Positions 1 through 8,730 of a stretch of 64,000 nucleotides of DNA are shown here, piece by piece. Positions within the stretch are counted from its first letter, which is position 1, and each line of letters starts with the position of its first letter. The DNA is from an uncultured Anaerolineales bacterium (GTDB taxonomy: Bacteria; Chloroflexota; Anaerolineae; Anaerolineales; UBA11858), in contig CAYWFK010000003.1 of the NCBI GenBank assembly GCA_964457375.1, positions 4,652-68,651 of the forward strand. Reading direction: 5' to 3'. A program made the translations under genes and the position numbers. Below the pieces are notes generated by a model that was not told the origin of the DNA, made no database searches, and worked only from the letters and a program-made list of their open reading frames with translations.

Positions 1-58
1 CAAACGGAAACGGGTACTCCCCGTTACCGGGAATGTTCTTGTACGGAAGAATCAGCGG

Positions 59-1015
59 GTGGATCCGATGGATGTGATTGCTGAAGCTTCCTTAAAGCAG
101 GATCATTTGCTGTTGGATATTTCCCGGGGACTGGGTGTTGGCAAAGAGAAAGCCGAGCAGCTGATTCATTTCCAGGTCGGTGATGATATTGCCGAAGGCG
201 ATGTGGTTGCAGGCCCTATTGGACTGATGCGCCGTCTGGTACGTGCTCCGGCAACGGGGAAGGTCGTACTGGTCGGTGAAGGCCAAATCCTGCTTGAACT
301 GGAGAAGCCCATGTATGAGATTCGGGCAGGGATGAGCGGGCTGGTCACGTCGTTGATTCCCTCACGCGGCGCGGTTGTGGAAGCCGTGGGTGCTCTTGTG
401 CAGGGTGTATGGGGAAACGGGAAAATCGATTTCGGGTTGATGCAGGTGAGAGCAAAATCACCTTCTGACCGTTTGGAAGTTGAAAGCGTCGGTGTCAGCC
501 TGAGAGGCTCGGTTATCGTCGGCGGGTATTGTGATGATGTCGATGTTTTGAAAAAAGGGGAAGAGGTGCCGATACGCGGGATGATTTTGGCCAGCATGGC
601 TTCGTATCTGGTACCCCTGGCACAAGAAATGCAATATCCTGTTGTGATTCTGGATGGCTTCGGTGCATTGCCGATGAACCAGCGTGCTTTTGAAATCTTG
701 CAGGCAAATGACGGGCATGAAGTATCGCTCAACGCAGCATTGCGAGACAGAGTGAAAGGTGTCTTTCCTGAAATCGTGATTCCCTTGCCGGTCGTCGGCG
801 ATGAAAGATACCCTGAAGCCGGAATGGAATTCCGGCCGGGGCAGACAGTAAGAATTGTGAGAAAACCGGCTGCCAGGCAGATAGCTACCATTCAGACGAT
901 TTATACCGATATGAAACCGCTTGCGAGCGGCATCAAGGCTCCTGCTGCTGATGTTGTATTAGCCGACCGAAAAGTAATTCGCGTGCCTTTGGCGAACCTG
1001 GAGGTTCTCCCCTAG
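59..1015 (+). CDS. hypothetical protein, possibly 5'-truncated by the window edge
   Basis: 318-aa ORF from GTG 59 (ATG 68 is an alternative). The frame stays open back to nt 2. The segment GDDIAEGDVVAGP...ATGKVVLVGEGQILLELE resembles a barrel-sandwich/lipoyl-like hybrid motif. No catalytic motif recognised. Confidence 0.5.
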   Translation: MDPMDVIAEASLKQDHLLLDISRGLGVGKEKAEQLIHFQVGDDIAEGDVVAGPIGLMRRLVRAPATGKVVLVGEGQILLELEKPMYEIRAGMSGLVTSLIPSRGAVVEAVGALVQGVWGNGKIDFGLMQVRAKSPSDRLEVESVGVSLRGSVIVGGYCDDVDVLKKGEEVPIRGMILASMASYLVPLAQEMQYPVVILDGFGALPMNQRAFEILQANDGHEVSLNAALRDRVKGVFPEIVIPLPVVGDERYPEAGMEFRPGQTVRIVRKPAARQIATIQTIYTDMKPLASGIKAPAADVVLADRKVIRVPLANLEVLP

Positions 1016-1129
1016 GAACGAAAACCGGTTGTTCGTGTTTTTGATGGAAAGCAAAGTACGGGAACAGGAAACACCCGCCAATTCGTTGGTATCACATGCC
1101 CTCCGGAGACAAGATGAATCTCGGGAGAG

Positions 1130-1708
1130 ATGAGGAGAAACATAATGGACGATTTCAATATGGATATGGATGACATTGATTTGGAACTGGATGACGAAAT
1201 ACCACCGGAAGAGGCTGGTAATCGCACCTTTTTGCTGGTTGCAGGGATTATCGGAGGTATTTTAATTCTTTCGATGATTTGCATTGCAGGTTATGCAATG
1301 ATTTTCGTCCCGAAGGCAAAATCCCAGCGCAGTACACAGGTTGCGCAAATCAATGCCCAAAATACAGAAGTGGCTTTGGCAAGCAATATGACCGCACAAG
1401 CCCGCGCGTGGACATCTACGCCGACGATTACACCGATCCCCGCCACAGCAACACCGAGCCAGACGCCGGTTTTGGCACCTACGCATACGCCTGTTGCGCT
1501 ACAACCGACGAGTGACCCGCGAACGGCTACCGTGGCTGCGCTTTTGACGATGCAGGCAGGGGGCGTATCCACCGGCACACCTATTCCCACTGCTTTGCCG
1601 GATACAGGGTTCATGGATAATGTCGGGGCTCCCGGATTGCTGGGCATGGCGATTGCCCTGATTTTGGTTGTCCTGCTGGCACGCAGATTGCGATTGGCGA
1701 ATCGTTAG
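1130..1708 (+). CDS. LPXTG-motif cell-wall-anchor-type protein with an acidic N-terminus, one N-proximal TM helix and a Thr/Pro-rich linker
   Basis: The C-terminus reads LPDTG, then a hydrophobic stretch (APGLLGMAIALILVVLLA), then a basic tail RRLRLANR, which is the canonical sortase sorting signal. N-terminus MDDFNMDMDDIDLELDDE is followed by TM helix FLLVAGIIGGILILSMICIAGYAMIF. Confidence 0.7.
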   Translation: MRRNIMDDFNMDMDDIDLELDDEIPPEEAGNRTFLLVAGIIGGILILSMICIAGYAMIFVPKAKSQRSTQVAQINAQNTEVALASNMTAQARAWTSTPTITPIPATATPSQTPVLAPTHTPVALQPTSDPRTATVAALLTMQAGGVSTGTPIPTALPDTGFMDNVGAPGLLGMAIALILVVLLARRLRLANR

Positions 1709-1725
1709 CCAGGATTGCATGATAA

Positions 1726-1769
1726 TAAAAACGGGTGGATGAAACCGGTCCGGTATCACATCCACCCGT
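1726..1769 (-). terminator. intrinsic terminator hairpin between convergent genes; the U-run is on the minus-strand transcript
   Basis: Perfect 11-bp stem ACGGGTGGATG (1731-1741) / CATCCACCCGT (1759-1769). An A5 run on the plus strand reads as U5 after the stem on the minus strand. It lies 24 nt downstream of the mutase stop. Confidence 0.6.
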
Positions 1770-1792
1770 ATATTGCTTTGCTTGCTGTTTTT

Positions 1793-3253
1793 TCAGGTAA
1801 TGCTGGCAGCGATTTCTTCCCCATATTGCAGCAGGTTGTCAACCATTGTCTGGTCTCTTCCTTCTGCATAAACCCGCAATACCGGTTCGGTTCCTGACGG
1901 GCGGATCAATAACCAGGAATCATCCTTCATCAGATATTTTACGCCGTCGATAGAGCGCACATCCGCGACTTTTCTGCCGCCGATTTCTGTCGGTGTTCGT
2001 TCGAGTAAATATTGCACCATTTGTTGTTTTTCAACGGGATATTTCAGGCGCAGGTCTTTCCGCATATAAAAAGAAGGTCCGACGTCATCCAGCAGCTCTT
2101 TGATCAGGTCATGCAGGGAGCGCCCGGAGTTTGCCACGATTTCGACCAGCAAAAGCCCCATGAGAATACCGTCTCCTTCGGGAATATGCCCCTGAATGGA
2201 AATGCCGCCTGATTCTTCTCCGCCGATAAGTACATTTTCCTGAAGCATGTAATCGGCGATGTGGTTGAACCCGACCGGGGTTTCGTAAACGGGCAGGTTG
2301 TAGCGTTTTGCCAGGCGGTCGACCATTTTCGTGGTGGAAACCGTACGGATCACTGGCCCTTTCCATCCGCGTTTTTCTACGAGATAGCGCAGGGAGAGTG
2401 CCATGATTTTGTGCGGGTCGACGAAGTTGCCGCGCCCATCCATGGCGCCAATTCGATCGGCATCGCCGTCGGTTGCCAGTCCGAGGGCACCTTTGCCGGT
2501 GCTGATGGCGCTGGAAAGGGCACCGAGATTCTCGGCAATCGGTTCCGGGTGTACACCCCCGAAGCCGGGATTCATTTCACCGCGGATTTCCACGACTTCG
2601 CAGCCGGTACCTTGCAGGATGCTTTTGATAACCCCTCTGCCCGCACCGTGCATCGAATCCACGACGATTCGGGGCGGATTTTCGGCGATGGCATCGAAAT
2701 CGATGAGAGTACGCAAGTGGGTGTAATAGGCTGGCAGCGGATTGAAGCGCCGGATCAGTTTTGTTTTTCGGGCCTGGTCCCAATCCATCAGGTTTGGTCC
2801 GCGTCCGCGTTCTTCGTTGTCGTTCAGAAAAACCTCAACGCTATGGGATTGCGCCGGTAACGCGGACCCCCCATAGGCTGCTTTGAGTTTTACACCGTTG
2901 TAACGCGGGGCATTGTGCGAGGCAGTAATCATCAACCCGGCAATGGCGCCCATTTCCCAGACGGCGTAGGAGATTGCCGGCGTAGGTGCGTCAGCCTGCG
3001 AGAGATAGACTTCGAAGCCGTTTGCAGCGAGCACACGTGTTGCGTCTCTGGCATAACGGTCGGATAAAAAGCGTGTATCGAAGCCGACCACTACCTTTTT
3101 GGAATCGATTTTCTTCTTTGTGGGGTGGTCACGCAGCCAATCGCCGGAATTGATTGCATCTGCAATTGCCTGAGTGACAAGGCGCAGGTTATGAAACGTG
3201 AATGTGTCCGAGATAACTGCCCGCCAGCCATCCGTACCGAAATGAATAGGCAT
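1793..3253 (-). CDS. phosphoglucomutase/phosphomannomutase family protein (alpha-D-phosphohexomutase)
   Basis: 486 aa. Active-site Ser loop TASHNAPRYNG, metal loop ATDGDADRIG, sugar-binding GEESGG, and an N-terminal FGTDGWRA motif. Confidence 0.9.
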   Translation of the reverse strand: MPIHFGTDGWRAVISDTFTFHNLRLVTQAIADAINSGDWLRDHPTKKKIDSKKVVVGFDTRFLSDRYARDATRVLAANGFEVYLSQADAPTPAISYAVWEMGAIAGLMITASHNAPRYNGVKLKAAYGGSALPAQSHSVEVFLNDNEERGRGPNLMDWDQARKTKLIRRFNPLPAYYTHLRTLIDFDAIAENPPRIVVDSMHGAGRGVIKSILQGTGCEVVEIRGEMNPGFGGVHPEPIAENLGALSSAISTGKGALGLATDGDADRIGAMDGRGNFVDPHKIMALSLRYLVEKRGWKGPVIRTVSTTKMVDRLAKRYNLPVYETPVGFNHIADYMLQENVLIGGEESGGISIQGHIPEGDGILMGLLLVEIVANSGRSLHDLIKELLDDVGPSFYMRKDLRLKYPVEKQQMVQYLLERTPTEIGGRKVADVRSIDGVKYLMKDDSWLLIRPSGTEPVLRVYAEGRDQTMVDNLLQYGEEIAASIT

Positions 3254-3351
3254 ATTTCTTGCTCCTGATATTTAAACTGGTCCTGATTCTATCATCTTTT
3301 GCGATGATAAGAAAAACATATCAAACCTGAACTTCATGTTAAAATGAACCT

Positions 3352-5028
3352 ATGAACCGTAATGAAATCTATCGATATATTCGCAGGGTTTTCCTTTTTT
3401 CCGGAATGGCGGAAAGCGATGTTGCCAGGATTGCCTTGCGTTTCAAACCGGTGGCAGTGGCTGCCGGGGAGTGTATTTATCGTCAGGGCGATCCGGCATC
3501 TGCATTCTACGTGGTTGCCAAAGGCGCAGTCCGCCTGACGGCGGCAAGCGGGCATGAACGGGATAATTACGGGCTGTTAACCCCGATAGACTTTTTCGGT
3601 ATCGAAGAATTGAGCGCGAACAGTCCGAGAATGCATACGGTTTGCGCTACGAAGGAAAGTTTGCTGTTACGCATGCGGGCAGCGGATTTTGCATGGATGC
3701 TTCAGACTTACCCGCAGTTGAAAAATGACCTTACCGGGTATGTCAAAGGCATTTGGCTTGCGCACCGGAAAAACTTTTCATGGTTGAACAGGGACGAAGT
3801 GATTCGTGTGATGGCGAGGAAGCATGTCGGCTTGTTATGGTATAAACTTTCCGTTCCCGCTTTTTTTGGCGGTATCGCCTTTCTGATGGCAGTTGCCGCG
3901 ATTTTCATGAAATCCGGCTGGTTGCTTACGGTGACCATTGCCGGTGTGATTTTCACTTTGGCTTGTTTGTGGGTACTGTGGATTACCATTGATTGGGAGA
4001 ATGATTATTATATTGTTACCAACCAGCGGGTTGTATGGCTGGAGAAGGTAATCGGTTTGTATGAAAGCAGAAGGGAAGCCCCTTTGAATGCTGTGCTTTC
4101 TGTCAATGTGGCTTCGGAACAAGCGCAGCGAATGATTGGTACCGGTGATGTCGTCGTCAGGACGTATACCGGTAGTATTATGATGAAAGACGTCGATCGG
4201 CCGGAGCAATTTACCTTTGCAGTCGATGCATATTGGAAAAAAGCTCAGGAAGCTTCCCGCCATTTGGAGAAAGCCGAGATTCAAAGAACGGTGCATGAAC
4301 ATCTGCATGGAGAAGCGGCGGAAGCAGCCCCGTTCGAAGAAACTTTGTTGCGTAAACCCGTGCAGACGATGATTAAAAGAACTTTTTGGCAAAGGACATT
4401 CGGCAATTTTCTGAAAATGCGGTTCGAAGAGGGAGACAGCATTACTTACCGGAAACACTGGTATGTTTTGATTCGGAAATCATGGAAACCGCTTTTGGTT
4501 TTGGTATCGATGACGGCCTTGGTGTTCTTTTTGTATTTGCCTGTTCGCGAGACCAGATTTGCGTGGGCGGCAGGCTCGACGGCACTGGTAGTGTGGGGGT
4601 GTACTTATCTGGCTGTTCTGCTGTGGTGGTTTTATGATTATCTGGATTGGCGTAATGATATCTACGTGCTTACCGGAGACAAATTGTATGATATCGAGCG
4701 CAAACCGCTGGGCAGGGAAGAAAAGAAAGTTGCCCCGTTGGGCAGTGTGCTCAGCCTCGAGCATACCCGTGAAGGAATTCTTGGCTTGATGTTGAATTTT
4801 GGGAATGTGATTGTCAATGTCGGATCTGCCAAGTTGATTTTCTATGGCGTGCATAATCCTGCCGGTGTGCAGAATGATATTTTCGACCGGATGTATATGC
4901 TGAAAAAGATGCAGGAGGATGAGCAGGCAAAGCAAGAACGTGAACGGATGATGGAGTGGCTGGATGTTTACCATAAGGAAATTCAGGGCGAAGGGAAAGA
5001 GCAGGAAGACAAACCTGATTTTTATTGA
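3352..5028 (+). CDS. cyclic-nucleotide-binding-domain protein fused to two membrane bPH (YdbS/YdbT-like) modules
   Basis: 558 aa. N-terminal cNMP-like beta-barrel (GECIYRQGDPASAFYVVAKGAVRL...FFGIEEL). Then two units of TM hairpin plus PH-like domain (WENDYYIVTNQRVVWLEK and WRNDIYVLTGDKLYDIERK), followed by a charged C-terminal tail. Confidence 0.7.
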   Translation: MNRNEIYRYIRRVFLFSGMAESDVARIALRFKPVAVAAGECIYRQGDPASAFYVVAKGAVRLTAASGHERDNYGLLTPIDFFGIEELSANSPRMHTVCATKESLLLRMRAADFAWMLQTYPQLKNDLTGYVKGIWLAHRKNFSWLNRDEVIRVMARKHVGLLWYKLSVPAFFGGIAFLMAVAAIFMKSGWLLTVTIAGVIFTLACLWVLWITIDWENDYYIVTNQRVVWLEKVIGLYESRREAPLNAVLSVNVASEQAQRMIGTGDVVVRTYTGSIMMKDVDRPEQFTFAVDAYWKKAQEASRHLEKAEIQRTVHEHLHGEAAEAAPFEETLLRKPVQTMIKRTFWQRTFGNFLKMRFEEGDSITYRKHWYVLIRKSWKPLLVLVSMTALVFFLYLPVRETRFAWAAGSTALVVWGCTYLAVLLWWFYDYLDWRNDIYVLTGDKLYDIERKPLGREEKKVAPLGSVLSLEHTREGILGLMLNFGNVIVNVGSAKLIFYGVHNPAGVQNDIFDRMYMLKKMQEDEQAKQERERMMEWLDVYHKEIQGEGKEQEDKPDFY

Positions 5029-5054
5029 AATTGCGGGTAAAATTAAGCCGCTTG

Positions 5055-5082
5055 TTGAATAAGCGGATTCAAAATTTATCAA
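5055..5082 (+). promoter_or_regulatory. candidate sigma70-type promoter upstream of def
   Basis: TTGAAT (5055-5060), 16-nt spacer, TATCAA (5077-5082), 8-20 nt upstream of the two candidate def start codons. Sequence match only. Confidence 0.3.
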
Positions 5083-5101
5083 TGTTTGAATGTGGAGAGA
5101 A

Positions 5102-5611
5102 ATGACTGTTCGTGATGTGGTAACCGTGCCAAATCCTGTTTTGCGGAAGAAGGCCCGCAAGGTGGAATCATTTGGTGCCGACTTGCAGGTTTTGATCGAT
5201 GATATGGTGGAAACCATGCGGGTTGCTCCCGGTGTCGGGCTGGCTGCTCCGCAAGTGAATGTTTCTTTGCAGGTTGTTGTCGTTGAGTTTGGGGACGAGG
5301 AAGATGAAAATGTGCCCCCGAAATTGTATGCTGTGGTCAACCCGGAAATCATCAAACCTTCGAAGGAAATGGTGAGCGGTGTTGAAGGATGTTTGTCGAT
5401 CCCCGGGCTGGTCGGCGAAGTGGAGCGCTCTGTGGCGATTACCGTCAAAGGTTTCAACCGCCACGGGAAGCCTTTGAAAATCAAGGCGAAAGGCTGGCTG
5501 GCGCGTATTTTTCAACATGAAATTGACCATTTGAATGGTGTCTTGTTTACAGACCGGGCAGTTCAGGTATGGCAGCCTCAGAGTGATGAGCTTGATTCCT
5601 CTGCTGTTTGA
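5102..5611 (+). CDS. def: peptide deformylase
   Basis: All three PDF motifs are present: GVGLAAPQ, EGCLS and QHEIDHLNG. ATG 5102 is preceded by GGAGAG. The ORF-track start at ATG 5090 is an alternative. Confidence 0.93.
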   Translation: MTVRDVVTVPNPVLRKKARKVESFGADLQVLIDDMVETMRVAPGVGLAAPQVNVSLQVVVVEFGDEEDENVPPKLYAVVNPEIIKPSKEMVSGVEGCLSIPGLVGEVERSVAITVKGFNRHGKPLKIKAKGWLARIFQHEIDHLNGVLFTDRAVQVWQPQSDELDSSAV

Positions 5612-5685
5612 TTTCTTTCCTGTTCCGAAATGATTTTATCTGCCACGGAAGTATTTCTCCGTGGCATCCTATTGTCAGGATTTCT

Positions 5686-6891
5686 ATGCATCTCGAACAC
5701 TTGTCGTTAACCAATTTCCGCAATTTTACCCGGCTGGATATTTCCATTCCGAAAGGGGCAATTCTTTTGGTTGGCGGGAACGCTCAGGGGAAAACCAGTT
5801 TTCTGGAGGCGATTTTTTTTCTGGCAACTTTCACTTCTTTCCATGCGAGCAACGATTACCAGTTAATCAACTTTCTGGCGGCGCGCGAACCTCTGGCTGT
5901 GGGGCGGATTGTCGCCGATTACCGGCGGGGAGAACGGGAACATCATCTCGAAGTTCGCATCATCCATGAAAAAAACGGGCTGAACGGCAGCCGGCGGGTG
6001 CGCAAGGAAGTGCTGCTTGACGGGGTGAAAAAGAAACTCGGGGATGTTATCGGGCATTTCAATGCCGTTCTTTTTCTACCCAGAATGCTGAATATCATCG
6101 AAGGTGCCCCGGGGGAGCGGCGGCGGTACATCAACCTTGCACTGGCGCAGACTTCTTCGAAATATACAGCCGCTTTGAGCAGCTATGACAAGGCTGTGGT
6201 TCAAAGAAATGCTTTGTTGAAATTGCTGAATGACCGCTCAGGGGATAATGATCAGCTGGATTTCTGGGATGAAAACATCGCTTCGTTGGGATCGTTATTG
6301 ATTTTCGATAGAATCCGTGCGCTGCAAGAGTTGGAACAAATAGCCGCCATGATTCACCGGAAGCTGACACGCGGGCAGGAAATTTTGCGTATAGACTATC
6401 AACCGGCTTATGATCCCGTTCCGGCGCAGCCAGGGCAATTTGCCATGCCGCTTTCGGCTCCGGTCGATCGAATGAAGTTCAGCAGGGATGATATCGAAAA
6501 CGGGATGCTGAAAGCTTTGTCTGGCTTGCGCAGGGAAGAAATCCTGCGCGGTCAAACGACGATTGGTCCGCATCGCGATGAAATCCGCTTTTTGATCAAT
6601 GGGGTGGATCTGGGCCGTTATGGTTCCAGAGGCCAAGTGCGCACGGCGCTGCTTTCTCTGAAAATTGCCGAAGTTGCCTGGATGAAAGAAAAAACAGGGG
6701 AATGGCCGGTGTTGCTGCTCGATGAAGTGCTCGCAGAACTTGACCCCGTGCGGCGGGATGATTTGCTTTCCGTACTGGAGGAAAGCGAGCAGGCGATTAT
6801 GTCCACAACCGATTTGGCGTTGTTTCAGGAAGCATTTACGGATAAATCGACCGTTTGGACTGTTCAGCAGGGGATGATTACCCCCGTTTGA
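5686..6891 (+). CDS. recF: DNA replication/repair protein RecF
   Basis: MHLEHLSLTNFRNF...LVGGNAQGKTSFLEAI (Walker A), plus the SMC-like signature/Walker B LLLDEVLAELD. The start was moved to ATG 5686 because the ORF-track N-terminal extension is not RecF-like. Confidence 0.9.
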   Translation: MHLEHLSLTNFRNFTRLDISIPKGAILLVGGNAQGKTSFLEAIFFLATFTSFHASNDYQLINFLAAREPLAVGRIVADYRRGEREHHLEVRIIHEKNGLNGSRRVRKEVLLDGVKKKLGDVIGHFNAVLFLPRMLNIIEGAPGERRRYINLALAQTSSKYTAALSSYDKAVVQRNALLKLLNDRSGDNDQLDFWDENIASLGSLLIFDRIRALQELEQIAAMIHRKLTRGQEILRIDYQPAYDPVPAQPGQFAMPLSAPVDRMKFSRDDIENGMLKALSGLRREEILRGQTTIGPHRDEIRFLINGVDLGRYGSRGQVRTALLSLKIAEVAWMKEKTGEWPVLLLDEVLAELDPVRRDDLLSVLEESEQAIMSTTDLALFQEAFTDKSTVWTVQQGMITPV

Positions 6892-6892
6892 T

Positions 6893-7606
6893 TTACGCCA
6901 GAGGTCTTTTCTTGGGAACGCCTACGCGCCGGGGGTAACGTTCGGGGGTCGAGGCGATTTTATCGATCACAATCAGGAAACGTTCTTCGGTGATGCCGGG
7001 CAATGCCGCGGGGATTAGCTGCCGGATTTTTCCTCCGAGAAGGGTGATGGCGTTTTCTGCCGCGTGGGCTTCAGCAGGCCCGCTTTCTCCTTTCATTGCC
7101 AAGGCGTGCCCGCCCAGCTTTACAAAGGGCAGCAGGTATTCTGCCAGAACCGGCAGAATGGCAACTGCTCTGGCGATTGCCCAGTCGTACCGGGCACGAT
7201 GAGCGGGGGATTGAGCGGTTTCTTCTGCCCTTCCCTGAATAACTTCTACGCCATCCAATTGAAGAATATCAACCATATGACGGCAGAAATCGACTTTTTT
7301 CCCGACGGATTCAAGCAGCGTAAGCTTGATTTGCGGATAGATAATTTTCAGGGGAATACCGGGAAACCCGGCGCCTGTTCCCACATCGATGACGCGCCGG
7401 ACGGGGGTGCCGCGCAGCGCCAGTATTGCGGATAGAGAATCCAGAAAATGTTTCCGGCGGATTTTCTCCGGTTCTTTGATGGCGGTGAGACTGTAATGCT
7501 TGTTCCATTCGATCAATTCGTTCTCGTAAACTTGCAGCATGGCAACCTGTTGGGGGTTGAGAACGATGTTGAAAAGCGTGTGAGCATCGCTTGATATTTT
7601 CTTCAT
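6893..7606 (-). CDS. rsmG: 16S rRNA (guanine527-N7)-methyltransferase RsmG/GidB
   Basis: 237 aa. SAM-binding VIDVGTGAGFPGIPLKI and a typical GidB N-terminus (NKHYSLTAIKEPEKIRRKHFLDS). Confidence 0.88.
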   Translation of the reverse strand: MKKISSDAHTLFNIVLNPQQVAMLQVYENELIEWNKHYSLTAIKEPEKIRRKHFLDSLSAILALRGTPVRRVIDVGTGAGFPGIPLKIIYPQIKLTLLESVGKKVDFCRHMVDILQLDGVEVIQGRAEETAQSPAHRARYDWAIARAVAILPVLAEYLLPFVKLGGHALAMKGESGPAEAHAAENAITLLGGKIRQLIPAALPGITEERFLIVIDKIASTPERYPRRVGVPKKRPLA

Positions 7607-7678
7607 GGACAGACCCTAATCGACTTTCTCATGGTTCGATTATACAATGGGCATGGATTTACGCAAAGCACGGGAATA

Positions 7679-7711
7679 TAAAATACCGCCTGATGAAAGG
7701 CGGTATTTTTC
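7679..7711 (-). terminator. intrinsic terminator after the DUF4349-like gene
   Basis: 8-bp stem ATACCGCC (7683-7690) / GGCGGTAT (7699-7706) with an 8-nt loop. It is flanked by an A run upstream and T5 downstream, so either strand sees a U tract. Confidence 0.55.
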
Positions 7712-7751
7712 TTGTTCTTGTTCGGGCAATTCTGCTAAACGGTTTGCAGGA

Positions 7752-8711
7752 TTATTCGGCTTTTTTGTCGCCGCTGTTCTTTTTCCGTCTTGGCAAGCGG
7801 CGTCTGATGATGCGGTAGAACAGGTAGACGGGAATGGCAACCAGCAGGGCGATTGGCAGGACGCAAATCAGTAGCCAAATGCCCAGATCGACAAGCTTTT
7901 GCAAAGTGGCGATCAGGGTTTGTGCAGCTTTTTTGGCTGTGCCCTGAGGCTTCCAGCCGCCAATGACAACCGGTTGAATGGCTTCGTCAGCAGTGATCTG
8001 GACATCGATGGAGGACAGGGCGGCGGCTTGTTTGTAATATTTCATTTGCCCTTTGATGACTTCGATATTTTCGCGTATTTGGACAAGTTTATCGTATACA
8101 CGCAGAACATCTTCCGTCTTCACGGCGTTATCCATGATTTTGGTGAGTTGTTTTTCCGCAGCTTCGAGATTCACCAGACGGGAGTTTAGATCAGTATATT
8201 CTTTGGTGACGTCCTGCCCGCTGATGTTCTCGTGAAGCACATCGCCGGTTCCTTCCTTGATTTTGTCAATAGCTTCGGTGAGACGTTCGGCAGGCACGCG
8301 GATGGTAACCGAGGCTTGATTGACTTTCAACCCGTTGGAAAGCGTGCGTTGATACAGGTTGGAAGTAACGACAAACCCGCCCATGGCTTCTGCCATTTCA
8401 GCTACCTGTTTCATTTTTGCTGTGGGATTCTTGACGACAATCTCCAGGTCGGCGTTTTTGATGACCATTCGTTCGCTGCCGGCATCCGAGTTGATATTAT
8501 CCGAAAAACTGTTATTTGCCTGAGGTGCAGTTTCATAATCGGAGGCGACACTTTCGACAGGAACCCCGCCCTCTTCGGCGACAGACAGCGGCATTTCCAT
8601 CCCCTTCTCCTGAGATTGTTTGCTGAAAGACGGGGCTGTGGCGTTGGAAGACGAACATGCGGCGAGTACTATCGTCAGGATGATTAGGGCGATCCAGATT
8701 TTCTTCTTCAT
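7752..8711 (-). CDS. DUF4349-like lipoprotein with a coiled-coil region and C-terminal TM helices
   Basis: The start was moved to ATG 8711, giving MKKKIWIALIILTIVLAAC, a signal peptide with an LAAC lipobox. AAGGAGAG lies 4 nt upstream. The C-terminal hydrophobic segment plus RRRLPRRKK tail matches DUF4349 architecture as I recall it. Confidence 0.7.
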   Translation of the reverse strand: MKKKIWIALIILTIVLAACSSSNATAPSFSKQSQEKGMEMPLSVAEEGGVPVESVASDYETAPQANNSFSDNINSDAGSERMVIKNADLEIVVKNPTAKMKQVAEMAEAMGGFVVTSNLYQRTLSNGLKVNQASVTIRVPAERLTEAIDKIKEGTGDVLHENISGQDVTKEYTDLNSRLVNLEAAEKQLTKIMDNAVKTEDVLRVYDKLVQIRENIEVIKGQMKYYKQAAALSSIDVQITADEAIQPVVIGGWKPQGTAKKAAQTLIATLQKLVDLGIWLLICVLPIALLVAIPVYLFYRIIRRRLPRRKKNSGDKKAE

Positions 8712-8730
8712 TCTTCTCTCCTTAAAAGTA

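Noticed and set aside
4480-5484. 334-aa minus-strand ORF spanning the cNMP/bPH gene 3' end and def
   Set aside because: It overlaps two well-supported plus-strand genes, has odd composition and matches no motif.
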